Both the position numbers and the translations under genes were made by a program. DNA of 30,756 nt, taken from contig QPMI01000037.1 of assembly GCA_004431415.1 (NCBI GenBank), positions 1-30,756 of the forward strand, in the 5' to 3' direction. This DNA comes from Cyanophora paradoxa CCMP329 (Eukaryota; Plantae; Glaucophyta). The notes beneath the pieces are model-generated. The model searched no databases, was not told the origin of the DNA, and saw only the letters and a list, made by a program, of their open reading frames with translations. Positions 1-11,582 of this stretch are shown piece after piece; position 1 is the stretch's first letter, and each line of letters opens with the position of its first letter.

Positions 1-3000
1 AATAGCCTCATCATCCGCGGGGTGCATGTCTGTGCAGATCCGAGAGATCATCATCAGTGCGGGAATGACTGCACAGATCTAGAGCCGGTGCACCGTCTGC
101 ACCGCCTTCGGGGATTGCCAGATTTAATGTCAGTGAAGACAGCTTCGAGAACCTCGCAATGGCGGACTCGAGCGCTCCCAAGCGCTCGACCATTGCACGC
201 TTCACAACGTGAAGTCTCACACTCACATCTCGCAAGCTTGTCGACTGGAATGCCGCCAGGTCGGCAGACTCCAGTTTGTCACTGCTCAGCTGCGTACGCA
301 GTTAGGGAGTTAGTGACGAGAGCATAACTTAGCTCATATGGACGCGCACGTCGATACATATTTCCTCGAGGAAAGGAAATTTCGCGATGGAGTGTAGACC
401 AGTGTTGTTGAGCGGAAAGAAAATTTACTGCGTCGAGGAATCGGCCGACCTGGGCTTTTTGGCAAACCGCACGCAGTTGCCAGAGCACTCCACGGGATCA
501 GGATCGAGGACAATTGATCGCAGCGACTTTCCAGGGCCAGCAGCTAGAGTCGAGAAGGGTCGCCGATCTCTGAAGGTCCGTGGGGAATCTTTCAGGGTGA
601 ACAGTTGATGACAACGTCACGCAGAGCTGATAAGGTCGGAGGACTGCAAGCACGCTGCAGTCGTTTGCCGAGAAGTGGATAGACTGAAGGTTGGGAGGGC
701 TGGCTGCGATCGCTGCTGCTGCTGTGCTGTCCAGGGGAAACGCGTTCGGCATCAGCTTGAGGGACGAATACTGCTCAACGACTCAAGGACGCTTGCAAGT
801 CCTCAGCGGTTGCCTTTTGCCTCTGGTCAATACGTAGGTTGACAAGGTCGCCCTTAGGGAGTATCCGAAAGAACTCGTACTCCAGCGTCTCTAGGCGAAT
901 GGCAAGCTTCTCCAGAGCGCTGCGCGCCGCACGCTGCGGCCGGAGAGCTGCGAGGGTTGCCAGGATGAAAGCATGCACGACGCTGTCGAGGCTGTTGATG
1001 TGTTCTGCCAAGAAGCACACGTCTGCCTCTGCACCTTGCCGTCCTTGTTTGCAGGCGCAGCACGGCAGAGCCAATGCCAAAGCCGAAATTGCTCTCGCTC
1101 TGCGCATGCATTCCAACGGTGACCCGCGTATGGCGCGCAAGCGAGCTTGATTTCTCGCTCCGGAGCAGCGACACGAGATGCTGAAACACGAATCCTCATT
1201 CGACCGCAGCTCGATACAGTCCCACGCTGTGCCTCGATACGCTCCTCAACGCCTGCGTGGCAGCGCGGGTTGGATCGGAGGTCCAAGTCGACTCGGCAGC
1301 GAGCCTGGGACGCACTACACATTCTCGAAGCGGCCAGGCTTGCACAGCGAGATGACTTGAAAACACTGCCAGGACGCGTCGGGCAGGTCGGAGATGGAAC
1401 GAAGCACCGCGCCAGATTCACTGGCGCTTCTGCACGGGCTCGCTTCGCTGAGCGTTCCGCCATCGCTCGCGTGCTGCGAGCTGGCGTGGCTGAGAGCCGT
1501 GTACCTCCTTCGTTGCAACTACGCTCAGCGGTAGCTCGTGCGGTAGCGCGGTAGCGCGGTAGCGCAGCATTGCAACCGGCGATGGATTGCGCGGCGAACG
1601 CCGCGCGAGACGCGCACGACTGAAACGCGCGCGTGTGAACGAGGAGAGAGCGATCCTGAACATGCGACTAATAGGGCTGCAGCGTTACAAGGTGCGTACT
1701 CTCACATCTTGTGTTGCTTGGTTGCGAGCTTGGTTGCGCAGCTGCAGACACCAGGAGCAGACTTGCAGCTGGCGTCCGCTGCAGAGCGGAGGTCCTTCAG
1801 CTTCATGATCAGCGGCTGCTGCAGTGGGCAGAGCAGCCGGTTGCACAAGACACGGCAGCCGCTTCAAACTTGCTCCAAGCTGCGGGCGCGGAGCCAGCGA
1901 CAGAGAGGTGCCAGCGCTTGCGAACACCCCTTTCGGGCAAGCTGGCGCTGATGCTGAGCGATGCATCAGCGCAAACGTGATCATGAGCAGGAGCATGCGC
2001 ATGCAGAGCAGCAACCGCCCCTTCGACCAGATGCCGGATAGCTCCTCGTTCGCATCTTAGAGCTCGTCTACGATGATCTCTCGAGCGTGCAAACCAGTCT
2101 TCAGCATCAACAAACGCTTCACGCAGCTTCTCAAAGATAAGAACTGGCCTGTGTCCGGCTGAACGGTTCCGATCTTGTGGAAATGGGCCCGCAGCCAACG
2201 AGCTCCTCAGCGCAGTCAGAGCTCTGTTCAGAGAAAAGAAACTCGCGGGCTGCGAGAACGTCATCGTCAGCTCATTTTGGCATGACCGGTCGAGCAGTTC
2301 CCGACATGCTCTACTCGCACCGAACAGAGAGGAAATTTGCATTCAAGCTATGCTTCATATTCTGAGGTCAATATTTGGTGCGCGAATTTGCACAGACATC
2401 GCGACAATGCATCAATTCCACTTCAAAAACCGGTGTTCTAACTGGCCTCGAGCTCAGATGTGATCGAGGACGTGGCAAAGGCGAAGCTTCTGCGGAATTC
2501 TGTGCATGTCATTTTCGAGGGCTGGGACTACTGGGAGAAATGTGAACACGTGTTGTATGACGAAGTCAGCGAACAATTTGTCAGCACTCTAGATGTCGCA
2601 CGCGCATTCACGAAGGCGCTGCGGAACTATCCAGAAGGCGGTATCAGTGACCGCATACGAACGCTTTGCCGCCATCTTTCTCCGTGCAGCCGCTGAGGTC
2701 AATTTGAAAGGGCTCCGCGAGTTGTCATGGTACGATGCGAGCATGCGGGCCAGAGGACATTGATTAACACCGCCTTTCCTGTCAGCTGATCAGGCGGTAC
2801 GTATGCATCAGATGCACGTAATATCCATCAGCGCAGATAGTGTTTACTGACATCGATATCTACTGCAGGAGCGATAGTCAACTCTCCCCGCAACGCTTAT
2901 CATGCACAGTTCGGGAGGACACAGCGCTCTCGACGCTCAATCCGGAAAGTGTGCGAGCGTTGATAGTTGCGTATAAAAGCATGGGTCGACGGTCGAGCGT

Positions 3001-5239
3001 ATCAGCACAATGGCTAACCTCGAAAGTCTCGAGATTCAGGTGCGATTCGCATTGTTGTTCGGTGTTCGAGTTGCTTACTTCGGCAACGTCAGATCGGCTG
3101 CGAGACCACTTCAAAATTTGCGACCGCTCCCGATGCTTAAAAATGTTAGAATCATATCGAAGTGCGTATCTGTGCATTCGTGCCGGCCATCGTTCACCAC
3201 AATTCAGCAGACGCGGAGTTATCCAGCAGAAGACGTGCACAGAGCAATCGGTGTATCTTTCGAAGAAATCGAGCGAACTTGGAGCAACTCCGGCGCTCGA
3301 ACATGTGATCTGCTTGTACGAGATCTAGGCACTCGCTACCATCAGAATGTAGAAGCCGAACACTTCACCAAGACAGTTTTATGGCCTCCTTCGGTCAATG
3401 CGAACGAAAGTTCGCCTGCTCAGCATCGAAGGCTTCTTTCCACATCCGGCAGAAATCTTGCGGGTTCGCTGTTTCACTCATTCAAATGCGATTCCGTGTT
3501 TCTGATCAATGAAAGAAGGCGCTGTTGGAGTCGGGTCCAAGACTGGCTCATGTTGAACTTAACATCGCTGTGCGTACCAGAGTTGGTCTGGAGGAGCTTA
3601 CGCAAGCCGTCAACATGCTCTGCGAACATCAAAATACGCTTTCTCGGCTTTATTGCTTTTGGAGAGTCGAAATACGAGCGGCACGTCATTCTGGCCAGGG
3701 GCAATTCATAGATACCACAAGGGTCTACGCGATTTTTATCCTCTAATTCAACTGCTTTCTCCACGATCAATAAAATGCAGCGAGGGAATTGGTGCAGTGT
3801 GCAGTATGTAAGATTATCGAGCTCGCTTGGCTAGCGCTACAATATGCCAAGTTACATACTCAGCTAGCTTTTGCTTGCTCGCAACAAATAATACAAAGAC
3901 AAAGTCGCATGTTCGCACATGGGATCTCTTCTTACTTCATTCCTGACTTCGCCCTCGGTCTTAAGCGACGATAGTGCTGACGTTGCAGACTTAAGATTGA
4001 CACATTCACGGTTTCGATTTCCCTCTCAAGATGGTTGAATTCGTCGAATTCCCTTTTGATCTGTCGTGCACGCACGTGAACTGACAGACGTCGGCATGAC
4101 TATATAATCACCAAATCTGTCTTTACCATTCGCTTTTGACAGCATTCGATCTCACAAATAACAGCATTCTTGAGGCTTTGAAATAGCTTTTCCAGTTGCT
4201 GAGAGTTTAACATGAGCACACACTCTTCGGAGGCGACCGGTTGGTTTATATCAGCGATCTCCTTTTCGATTACAGAACTGACCTGGAATTCGAGCATTTC
4301 AGAGAGTTGACCATCAGTGAGTGCGGGCCACGGCTCACATTAGCTGATAGCGCCATCACATCACTTCGAAGCTGCCGCATAATGTTCCGCTGGTTGTCGT
4401 GCTGTACATGCACTCGTTCGCACAGACGTCCGACGGTCAAGGAAAACTCATCACTACTATTTGATTCGCACCATCAACTTGTGAAATGTGAAGGGAAGCC
4501 GTACGTGAAATCAAGCGCGTGTTCAAACTGTTTCTAAAAGTGCGAGCGTTCAAACCGTGTTATGAAGAATACTTTTCGCCGAGTCGTAGATCTAGAGTGG
4601 AGTAGTGTTCGCACCAGGTGCTCACTGTTTAGCAAGCTTAAGGCCTTTTTTCGCTGGAGTTCCCTGTGCCCGAAGTTTGCCTTTTGCTCGCACGCTCGCC
4701 ATTGATCTCTCCCGCGCCCGCTTCACCGTCGTGCACTGCGCATGCGCATGCGTGGCCGGTTAGCTTAAGCCAGCAGCTTATCCGCTGGCCGCTGAGTGCG
4801 ACGCACCTTATCTTCAGAGCTTTGATTCGACTGCGATACCAGGCCGGCCATGGGTCTTCAAGCTGCGACATACTTAAAGCTTGTAATACGCGTTTCCGAG
4901 TAAAACGACGGCTTCCCGCGCAAATCCCGTAGCTCGTACCCTTCCCATTTAGAACCCTAACCGTATCCTTACCGTACCCTCTGAGAAATTTCAAACTTGC
5001 GATGCAGCGTAGACGAAGGAAACGCTCGTGCGTCGTATTAATATTGGCGTGGGTGCGTTTATCGTGCTTGATTGTTGTCCTCTGCGCGCGCAGGGACGAG
5101 AGTCTGGATCTGGCCGCTGACTCTGGGAAGACACCAAAACGTGCTGGGCCGACAAATGCGCAGCTGCAGTGCGCATGCACGTTGACGCGCATTCGCGGAC
5201 CAAATCGGCTCACATAATGCAGGGAATCGGCTTGCAGTA

Positions 5240-5380
5240 TGGAGCCTGCGGGCGGGATTCGAACCTACACATGGATCTACTAAAGACGTCGCCACGGTAC
5301 CAGAAGTAGATGAGCGGTACGCATATTCATTCGGAGGCAAAGCAAGCGAAAGAACCCTCTCTAACATTCGCCGCACAGGC
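5240..5380 (-). ncRNA. tRNA-like element (~141 nt): tRNA pseudogene, tRNA with a long insert, or tRNA-derived RNA; anticodon not identifiable
   Basis: On the minus strand the 5' GCCTGTG pairs with 3' CGCAGGC, followed by T-CCA. The T-arm GTAGG-TTCGAAT-CCCGC contains a perfect B-box (GGTTCGAATCC). There is a degenerate A-box (GGCGAATGTTAG) and an internal 7-bp stem ATCTACT/AGTAGAT. No oligo-T terminator follows. Confidence 0.45.
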
Positions 5381-6187
5381 TCGAATCGACAAGAAAGGCA
5401 ACCATAACGATAAATGATCTTCCAGACGATGCCATCGCCATAATTGCCAGCATGGTTCTAATGAACGCTCGAGTCCGTGCGAGCTCTGTGGAGTAGCAGC
5501 CGGCGCTTCTACAGGATTCTCGTGGAACAGGGCAATGGCTTGAAGCGCGTCCGCACCGCGACCATCTTTCTTGACACAATTCCGGCTCTCCTGCTTGAAA
5601 GGGTGTGGATTCGCGCGAAGTGGATCCTAGAGCATGGCGGTAGCATCAATTCGCTTCCTCCAGCTTTGCCTCGGAATTATGGAAGCAGCCAAAGACGTTT
5701 AAGAAACTTGCAATCTCCTGGACAGCATACAGCGTTTCTTTGAGAAGCCCAAGCGGTGCCTAGGAATCTGCACAGGGTGTGGTTCCGACGACCTTGAGGC
5801 CATTCATTTTGACTGGGTCACTTATCTTGAAGACGGCGCCTCGCCGTCTTATTCTGGACGACAAGGCAAGCGCAAGCCTTCGCGCACACCGTGAACGGAG
5901 GAAATAGCCAGCATCGAGCCGTATCGAACTCTGTTACCAACGCAGGTATTCGGGGGCCCGTTCAGTAAGTCCAAATTCGCTACGTATTCGTTTACGTAAT
6001 CCATTCAGAACCAGAAGCTGACAAACAGTTTTTTCATAATTTGCAGCTTTCGTGACTGCGGGCCTGATGACACGTCATTTGGGACGGTCGAAGAGCTATG
6101 TGTCGACCAAGAAACCATCATGTTTCAAGAAGCTGCGGGTTCCTTCTCCTACTGGGCTTTCAGTGCCAAGAAAGTCATCATCAAAGG

Positions 6188-7513
6188 ATGTCTAACAAGC
6201 GAAGGCCTAGAGCTGAAAACCCAGGACTCTTTCGTCCAGCGCCCGCGTCCATGATTTTCAATGTGCACGACCTGCCACTATTTATATTCGAGCAGCCTGA
6301 TTTGGATTGCAGATATCTGACGAGCCTCGGGACATCCAAAATGACTCGTCAATGGCCCACCGCGGCCGGCATCTCTGGTATTGCATCATACGGCGGGGAA
6401 TGCACGGAGGAGCTCCATGTCGAATTCACAGCAACTCGCATCCGCCCAGCTTCGCATCCAGTCGTCCAGTTCTTCTGCTCTCCCGACTCGTGCTGTCTCA
6501 AACATATTTCGTTCATCAATTGCATCATTAAGAGCGACAGCACGAATATAAATAAGATGGAACGGTATCTAAGCAATTTCACGCAAACGTTGCGCTTCAC
6601 GCTGGAGGACGGGCGTGATTACGAGCAAATCTTATCAGCAGCGCGGAAGTGTCAATCTCTTATCACGCTGGACCTGGTGGCATGCACAGTTCCACATGCA
6701 ACCGTGGCACAGCTCCGTAAATTATCACCGAATCGTCTCGCGGAACTCGCAAAGACATTACGATTCAGCAGCCTTCGCGAGCTGATCTTCCGCTTGCACC
6801 CTCTGACGCTCATGGAGCACAAGTCTTACGTGTCGAGCGCAACTGGCTGGTCACTCCATCACGAAGATCGCTTCGCAGTGCTCATCTCTGGAAACCTCCG
6901 CCTGGTTGGAGTGACTGGCTATGAACAGCGAACAGATGCAATGCGCGCAATCCCAGAATATGTTGCTCAGTGTGTGGTCGGGGCGTTCGAGAAGGCGCCA
7001 TCCTTAGAAAAGCTGCATCTTGTAGATATCTACTTGCGCAACGAAGTTGTCTTCGACCGGGCACTTGGAGAGAGAATAAGGTGTATTGTTAACCTCCTCG
7101 CACAGCTACATGAGCTTAATAAGAAGGTTCGTCTGCACCTCTCTTTCGCAGACGTTCTTTTTTGCAGTTTCCAGATTTGTGGTGCCATAAATGAGCTTCC
7201 TGCTGCGCAGATGGCACTCATGATTTCTGGTGCTCAAACCGATGTCAACTACGACGCAACGCGTGCCCTAGGAACACTCAACCAGCAATTGCAAGCGACG
7301 TCCTTCGACGTTCTTGAAACAGCGCTTGCGTCACTTCTCGATCATGTGCGCCAGAAGAACGCTCTGATCAAAGCACAGAGCGATAATGTCGACAATGAGA
7401 TCAAGACGATAAAAAATCGTATCTTAGAGATGCAGTCCTCTCGAAATGCATTATTATCGTGTAATCGATCATGCAATTGTCAATCATTTCAGCTAGACAG
7501 TCACTCGAAGTGA
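6188..7513 (+). CDS. Hypothetical protein with LRR/RNI-like LxxLxL motifs and a C-terminal coiled coil
   Basis: Longest ORF of the GC-rich half (471 aa from 6098; likely start MSNKRR at 6188). Motifs include LKHISFINC, LITLDLVAC, LRELIFRL and LEKLHLVDI. The tail (NALIKAQSDNVDNEIKTIKNRILEMQ) has a heptad-like pattern. Confidence 0.55.
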   Translation: MSNKRRPRAENPGLFRPAPASMIFNVHDLPLFIFEQPDLDCRYLTSLGTSKMTRQWPTAAGISGIASYGGECTEELHVEFTATRIRPASHPVVQFFCSPDSCCLKHISFINCIIKSDSTNINKMERYLSNFTQTLRFTLEDGRDYEQILSAARKCQSLITLDLVACTVPHATVAQLRKLSPNRLAELAKTLRFSSLRELIFRLHPLTLMEHKSYVSSATGWSLHHEDRFAVLISGNLRLVGVTGYEQRTDAMRAIPEYVAQCVVGAFEKAPSLEKLHLVDIYLRNEVVFDRALGERIRCIVNLLAQLHELNKKVRLHLSFADVLFCSFQICGAINELPAAQMALMISGAQTDVNYDATRALGTLNQQLQATSFDVLETALASLLDHVRQKNALIKAQSDNVDNEIKTIKNRILEMQSSRNALLSCNRSCNCQSFQLDSHSK

Positions 7514-7569
7514 ACAATTCATACATGAGAGCACGAACATGCAAACGCAATTCCAGCCACGGCCATGGG

Positions 7570-8203
7570 CTAGTCAAGCTCTATCACTGCGTCCGGATCC
7601 GCCAGGAAAGGTACATGCTCGACGGCCGGATCAACTGTATTCCTCGTAATGTAAAACAGATCATCCGGGGATGGCCCTGCGCCTTGACGCCTGTGCACGC
7701 GCACCCGTGAATTCGCGAGATCCGCAGCAGAAATCACCGTACGTATACGACGCAAAGATCGCTTGCACCAACGACTGGAAGGTTCGGCTTGCTGGGTCGT
7801 ACCAATGCACCGCCAGAGTGCCGCGGTCATCCACATGCGTACTGCAGTGCAGCTCCAAGAACGCCAGGTCCAGTAGCTCGCTCTTCCACGCATTCGAGTC
7901 CGAAGCACGGATCGTGACTCGCACAGGCCCTGCGCATGCGCTGTTGAGATCACGGCACACTAGCAGAAGCAACGATGCAACCGGGCATGCACCTGTCATT
8001 GAAGTGACGCGTAGCGGGGCAGGCCGGCAGTCGCCGAGAACGCGCACCTCGACAGTTTTAGAGCTGCCCTCGTTCTCGGGCACCTGCTTCTTTGACGGGT
8101 CGGGCTCCGGCTCTGACTTCCGCTTTCTTGAAGCTTTGGTAGGCATTTTCTTCTGAGGAATCGATCCGTTGTACTTTCGCGCCTTTTGTTTTGTCTTCGC
8201 CAT
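7570..8203 (-). CDS. Histone H3-tail-like fusion protein, paralog 1 (spliced)
   Basis: N-terminus MAKTKQKARKYNGSIPQKKMPTKASRK aligns to H3 [27 protein letters not shown]. It shares the family core (VEVRVLGDCRP...GPVRVTI...VEHVPFLA). A 33-nt GT-AG intron lies at 7960-7992, with a probable second intron and a small indel near 7670-7685. Confidence 0.7.
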
Positions 8204-8691
8204 TAGAGCGAGCGCGCCTCGAAACTTCCGAGAGTCGCTAGATCCTGTCGGAAAACTGGAAACTGGGGAGTCGCGCTCCTCGAGCTCGCGCCGCGCTGCC
8301 TTGTGCAGACGCTAGATTGCTGGATCTTGGTCTCGTCCGGGACGGCCCGGACGGCCCGGGATGGGACTAGTGGGGTACACGTGCGCTCAATGCCGCAGCA
8401 AGTCTCGAAGCTTTCAGGCGGTGACCGGTGGTCGGAGATCGAGCTAGAGCGCGTAAAACAGCTAGCCGGAGGCTTAGCCATCGCCGGCAGCCTCGCTGAC
8501 GTGGACTCGGGCGCCGCGTGGCCTGTCATGATCAACGGCGCTGAACGTTGAACGTTGATAGATATAGCCGTCGACTTCGGCATTCGTGAATGTGCACGCC
8601 CGCTTCGTGCTCTGCCTTTACAGTTCGCCGCTGGAACTCATGCGGCTTGTTCCCTGCAGGCCTAGGTCGTCCGTTCTCCGGATCCTCGCAG

Positions 8692-9464
8692 ATGGCCTCC
8701 GCGAAGGCAGCGAAGCGCCGGCGGGATATGCAATGTGATGATTCAGATCCGAAGCCCTCTCCTGTAGTTTTAAAGAAGCGCATACGGCGGCAAAGACAGC
8801 TGCAGTGTGGTGACCCAGAGCCCTCTTCTGAGTTGGAGGAGCTGGGCACAGTCAAGGCGCGGCGAAGATCGTTAGCGCAGATCTAGTTCGGCATCAGCTC
8901 AGCTTCAGCTGCAGCCGGGATTTGTGGCTGTCATCGAGCGCAATCGAGAGCGCGCTCGTTTGCATCCGCGGCGGCGGCCAAGGAGGCAGTCACACAGAAT
9001 TGGTTCATCGCACATCCGCTCGCCCTCCACGACGCTGAATCCTACATAGAAGCGTTACTCGAGCACTTGAATGGCACCAGCACACGCGCTCTCGTCCCCG
9101 TCAACAACCGACGACACTGGACACTCTTGGTTATCGACGGCAAGGTCTGCAGATACTACGACAGCATTGGCGCGAAGGCTCCGCGCAAGCTCGCAAGAAT
9201 TCTCTTGAAACATGAAATTGACGTCATCCAATCGGTACAGCGAGCAGTGCAGCATGACGGCCATCAGGTTAGTGCTGTTTTCACTCCCGCCCGTGGCCAG
9301 TGGCAACGGCTGACCACGCTCGCTAGTGCGGGATCTGGTTGCTGGACTTCGCAGAGCGCGAAATGCGAGGCAACCCTCTAGATCTAGATTTAGATGGAGA
9401 CTACATAGAGCGCCGTAGGAGAGAATTTGAGGCGCTCGTGTTGCACTACAGCGCTGGCAATTAG
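8692..9464 (+). CDS. Ulp1/SENP-family (peptidase C48-like) cysteine protease, spliced; 5' structure uncertain
   Basis: Ordered motifs WLSSSAIES, LVPVNNRRHWTLLVID and YYDS are present. Removing a 59-nt intron (9268-9326, GTTAGT...CTGAC...CTAG) gives QHDGHQ|CGIWLL, completing the His-Asp-Cys triad and oxyanion Gln. Stop TAG at 9462-9464. One or two indels lie upstream, and there may be a further exon near 8390-8550. Confidence 0.75.
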
Positions 9465-9562
9465 GCGCTCCTGTTGTATCCGTGCCGCCGCGTATACGTA
9501 TAATACATCCGCGTATTTTTGGCTACGAAATCCGGACTAGGGAAGGATGCCGGCACTTGCAA

Positions 9563-10193
9563 CTATTCCTGATTGATCGCCAGGAAAGGTACATGCTCGA
9601 CTTCCGGGATGATATCCCTCCTCGCGACGTAATACAGATCTCCCGGGATGGCCCGGACTCGACGCCTGTGCACGCGCACCCGTGAATTCGCGAGATCCGC
9701 ATCAGAAATCACCGTAAGACGCAACAATCGCTTGCACCGGAAGCTCGAAGTACCAGCCTGCTTGGTCGTACCGAGATCGATACAGCACCAGCTCCTCGAG
9801 GTGCACATGCGTACTGCAGTGCAGCTCCTCGAACGCCAGGTCCAGTAGCTCGCTCTTCCACGCATTCGAGTCCGAAGCACGGATCGTGACTCGCACAGGC
9901 CCTGCGCATGCGCTGTTGAGTTCACGGCACACTGGCAGAGCAACGGTGAATCGGTGTACATTTGCACCTGTCATTGCAGTGACGCGTAGCGGGGCAGGCC
10001 GGCAGTCGCCGAGAATGTGTACGTCAACAAAGCTGCCTTCGTTCTCGGGCCGCGGTCGTGGCGCGTAAAGAGCATTCAGTGCTTCCGACTCCGCGACCTG
10101 CTCCGCTGTCGGCGGCCGCGGCCGCTGTGCGAGGTTCTTTCGAGGAGCTTTTCCGCCTGTAGACATACGCGCTCTCTCTTTCACTTTCGCCAT
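9563..10193 (-). CDS. Histone H3-tail-like fusion protein, paralog 2 (carries an H3 K9M-equivalent)
   Basis: ATG at 10193 gives [22 protein letters not shown], where STGGKAPRK is identical to H3 residues 10-18 in exact register. A 36-nt GT-AG intron lies at 9932-9967. The C-terminal exon reads DLYYVARRDIIPEVEHVPFLAINQE*. Confidence 0.7.
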
Positions 10194-10515
10194 CCAGCAG
10201 CTTCGAGTTGTGGCAGCACTGCACGCCAAGCCGGCTTTTTTTGCCGGCGCGGTAAGTTCGGCACTCCCCCCCTTCTCTTCCCCCCCTCCTTCCTCTATGA
10301 CCGTGGCCTGAGTATGCACTGTGTGGAAGCTTCCCGATTAAATCGTATTTGAACAGCAGGTTCAGTGCAATACTGAAATTCAATTGTGATTTAAACGAAG
10401 ATCACACGTCTAAATATTGAGCACGCCTTCGAACAGGCGCTGGAATTCAGCATCCTCCAGGTCGTCGATTTTTGCTGATCACAATATCAGCATCGGAGTA
10501 AATAAAAATGCATCC

Positions 10516-10728
10516 GAGGGGAACCGCCATACCTCGCAGTGTCGCAATTTCAGCTGACATTTACAAAGAATCGCGAACGAGGTGTAAACATAAATGTACC
10601 GCGACGTTCATAAAATCATCGGGAGGAAAACCGCCGTACCACGAAGCGTCGTGACTTCATCTAAGATACCCATACTCAAGGCCGGAAATTGAATGTACCG
10701 CGAAGGAGTGAGATAGCGTACCACGAAG
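10516..10728. repeat. Degenerate ~100-107 bp repeats
   Basis: GAGG-(G/A)2-AACCGCC(A/G)TACC..CG at 10516 and 10623; AATGTACCGCGA at 10593 and 10692; CGTACCACGAAG again at ~10717. Confidence 0.5.
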
Positions 10729-10931
10729 AGCTTTCTTCTGAGATTGGAGACCCGCATTCATAGCTGCAGTCATTATCAGTCACTCAGAAATCCCAATTCC
10801 GAGAAAACGGCGAAGTGGAAACCGGTCAGCCGCTGCAGTTGCGCTTGGGGAGCTGCATTCACAGCTACACGCACGGGAAACGGTCAAATCGAGACCTAAA
10901 TCGAAAAGCAGTCTAAAAAAACACCATTGGT

Positions 10932-11582
10932 CCGCTGCAGCTGGGCGACCAGGGAAGCATTCTCATTCTGGATGCCTGCAGACGTTTCAAACGAAGAATG
11001 AAAGAAGGCGCCCCCGAGCAATTTGACCTTTCAGCCACTGCAGTTGGGCGACCAGGGAAGCATTCTCATTCTGGACGCCTGCAGACGTTTCAAGAGGAGA
11101 CTGGAAGAAGGCGCCCCTGAGCGATTCGACCTTGCAGCCGCTGCAGTTGGGCGAGCAGGGAAGCATTCTCATTCTGGATGCCTGCAGACGTTTCGAACGA
11201 AGAATGAAAGAAGGCGCCCCTGAGCGATTTGACCTTGCAGCCGTTGCAGCTGGGCGAGCAGGGAAGCATTCTCATTCTGGACGCCTGCAGACGTTTCAAA
11301 AGAAGAATGAACGAAGGCGCCCCTGAGCGATTTGACCTTGCAGCCGTTGCAGCTGGGCGAGCAGGGAAGCATTTTCATGCTGGACGCCTGCAGACGTTTC
11401 AAAAGAAGAATGAACGAAGGCGCCCCTGAGCGATTCGACCTTGCAGCCGTTGCAGCTGGGCGAGCAGGGAAGCATTCTCATTCTGGAGGCCTGCAGACGT
11501 TTCAAAAGAAGAATGAACGAAGGCGCCCCTGAGCGATTCGACCTTGCAGCCGCTGCAGCTGGGCGACCAGGAAAGCGTTTTC
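10932..11582. repeat. 103-bp tandem repeat array, 6 full units plus a partial unit
   Basis: Unit starts at 10932, 11035, 11138, 11241, 11344, 11447 and 11550 (partial). Units are near-identical. The period is not a multiple of 3. Confidence 0.95.

Noticed and set aside
11-2342. Many overlapping ORFs, with possible minus-strand exons (11-235, 775-1140)
   Set aside because: No recognisable motifs, and GC-rich DNA yields spurious ORFs. A spliced gene may exist but cannot be modelled reliably.
2460-5213. ORFs 3010-3711 (+), 4638-5213 (-) and minus-strand fragments 2878-4297
   Set aside because: No family motifs, and the coding strand is ambiguous; possibly a fragmented gene.
8390-8551. Myb/SANT-like start (RWSEIELERVKQL)
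   Set aside because: Only the first helix motif is visible; later conserved residues could not be placed.
9169-9196. GAKAPRKLAR inside the Ulp1-like protease resembles H3 [10 protein letters not shown]
   Set aside because: Only five contiguous identities, in a variable region after YYDS; could be chance, though curious given the neighbours.
10932-11582. CRISPR array or repeat-protein gene
   Set aside because: Units are contiguous with no unique spacers, and there are no cas genes. The 103-bp period breaks frame, so the many short ORFs are artefacts.
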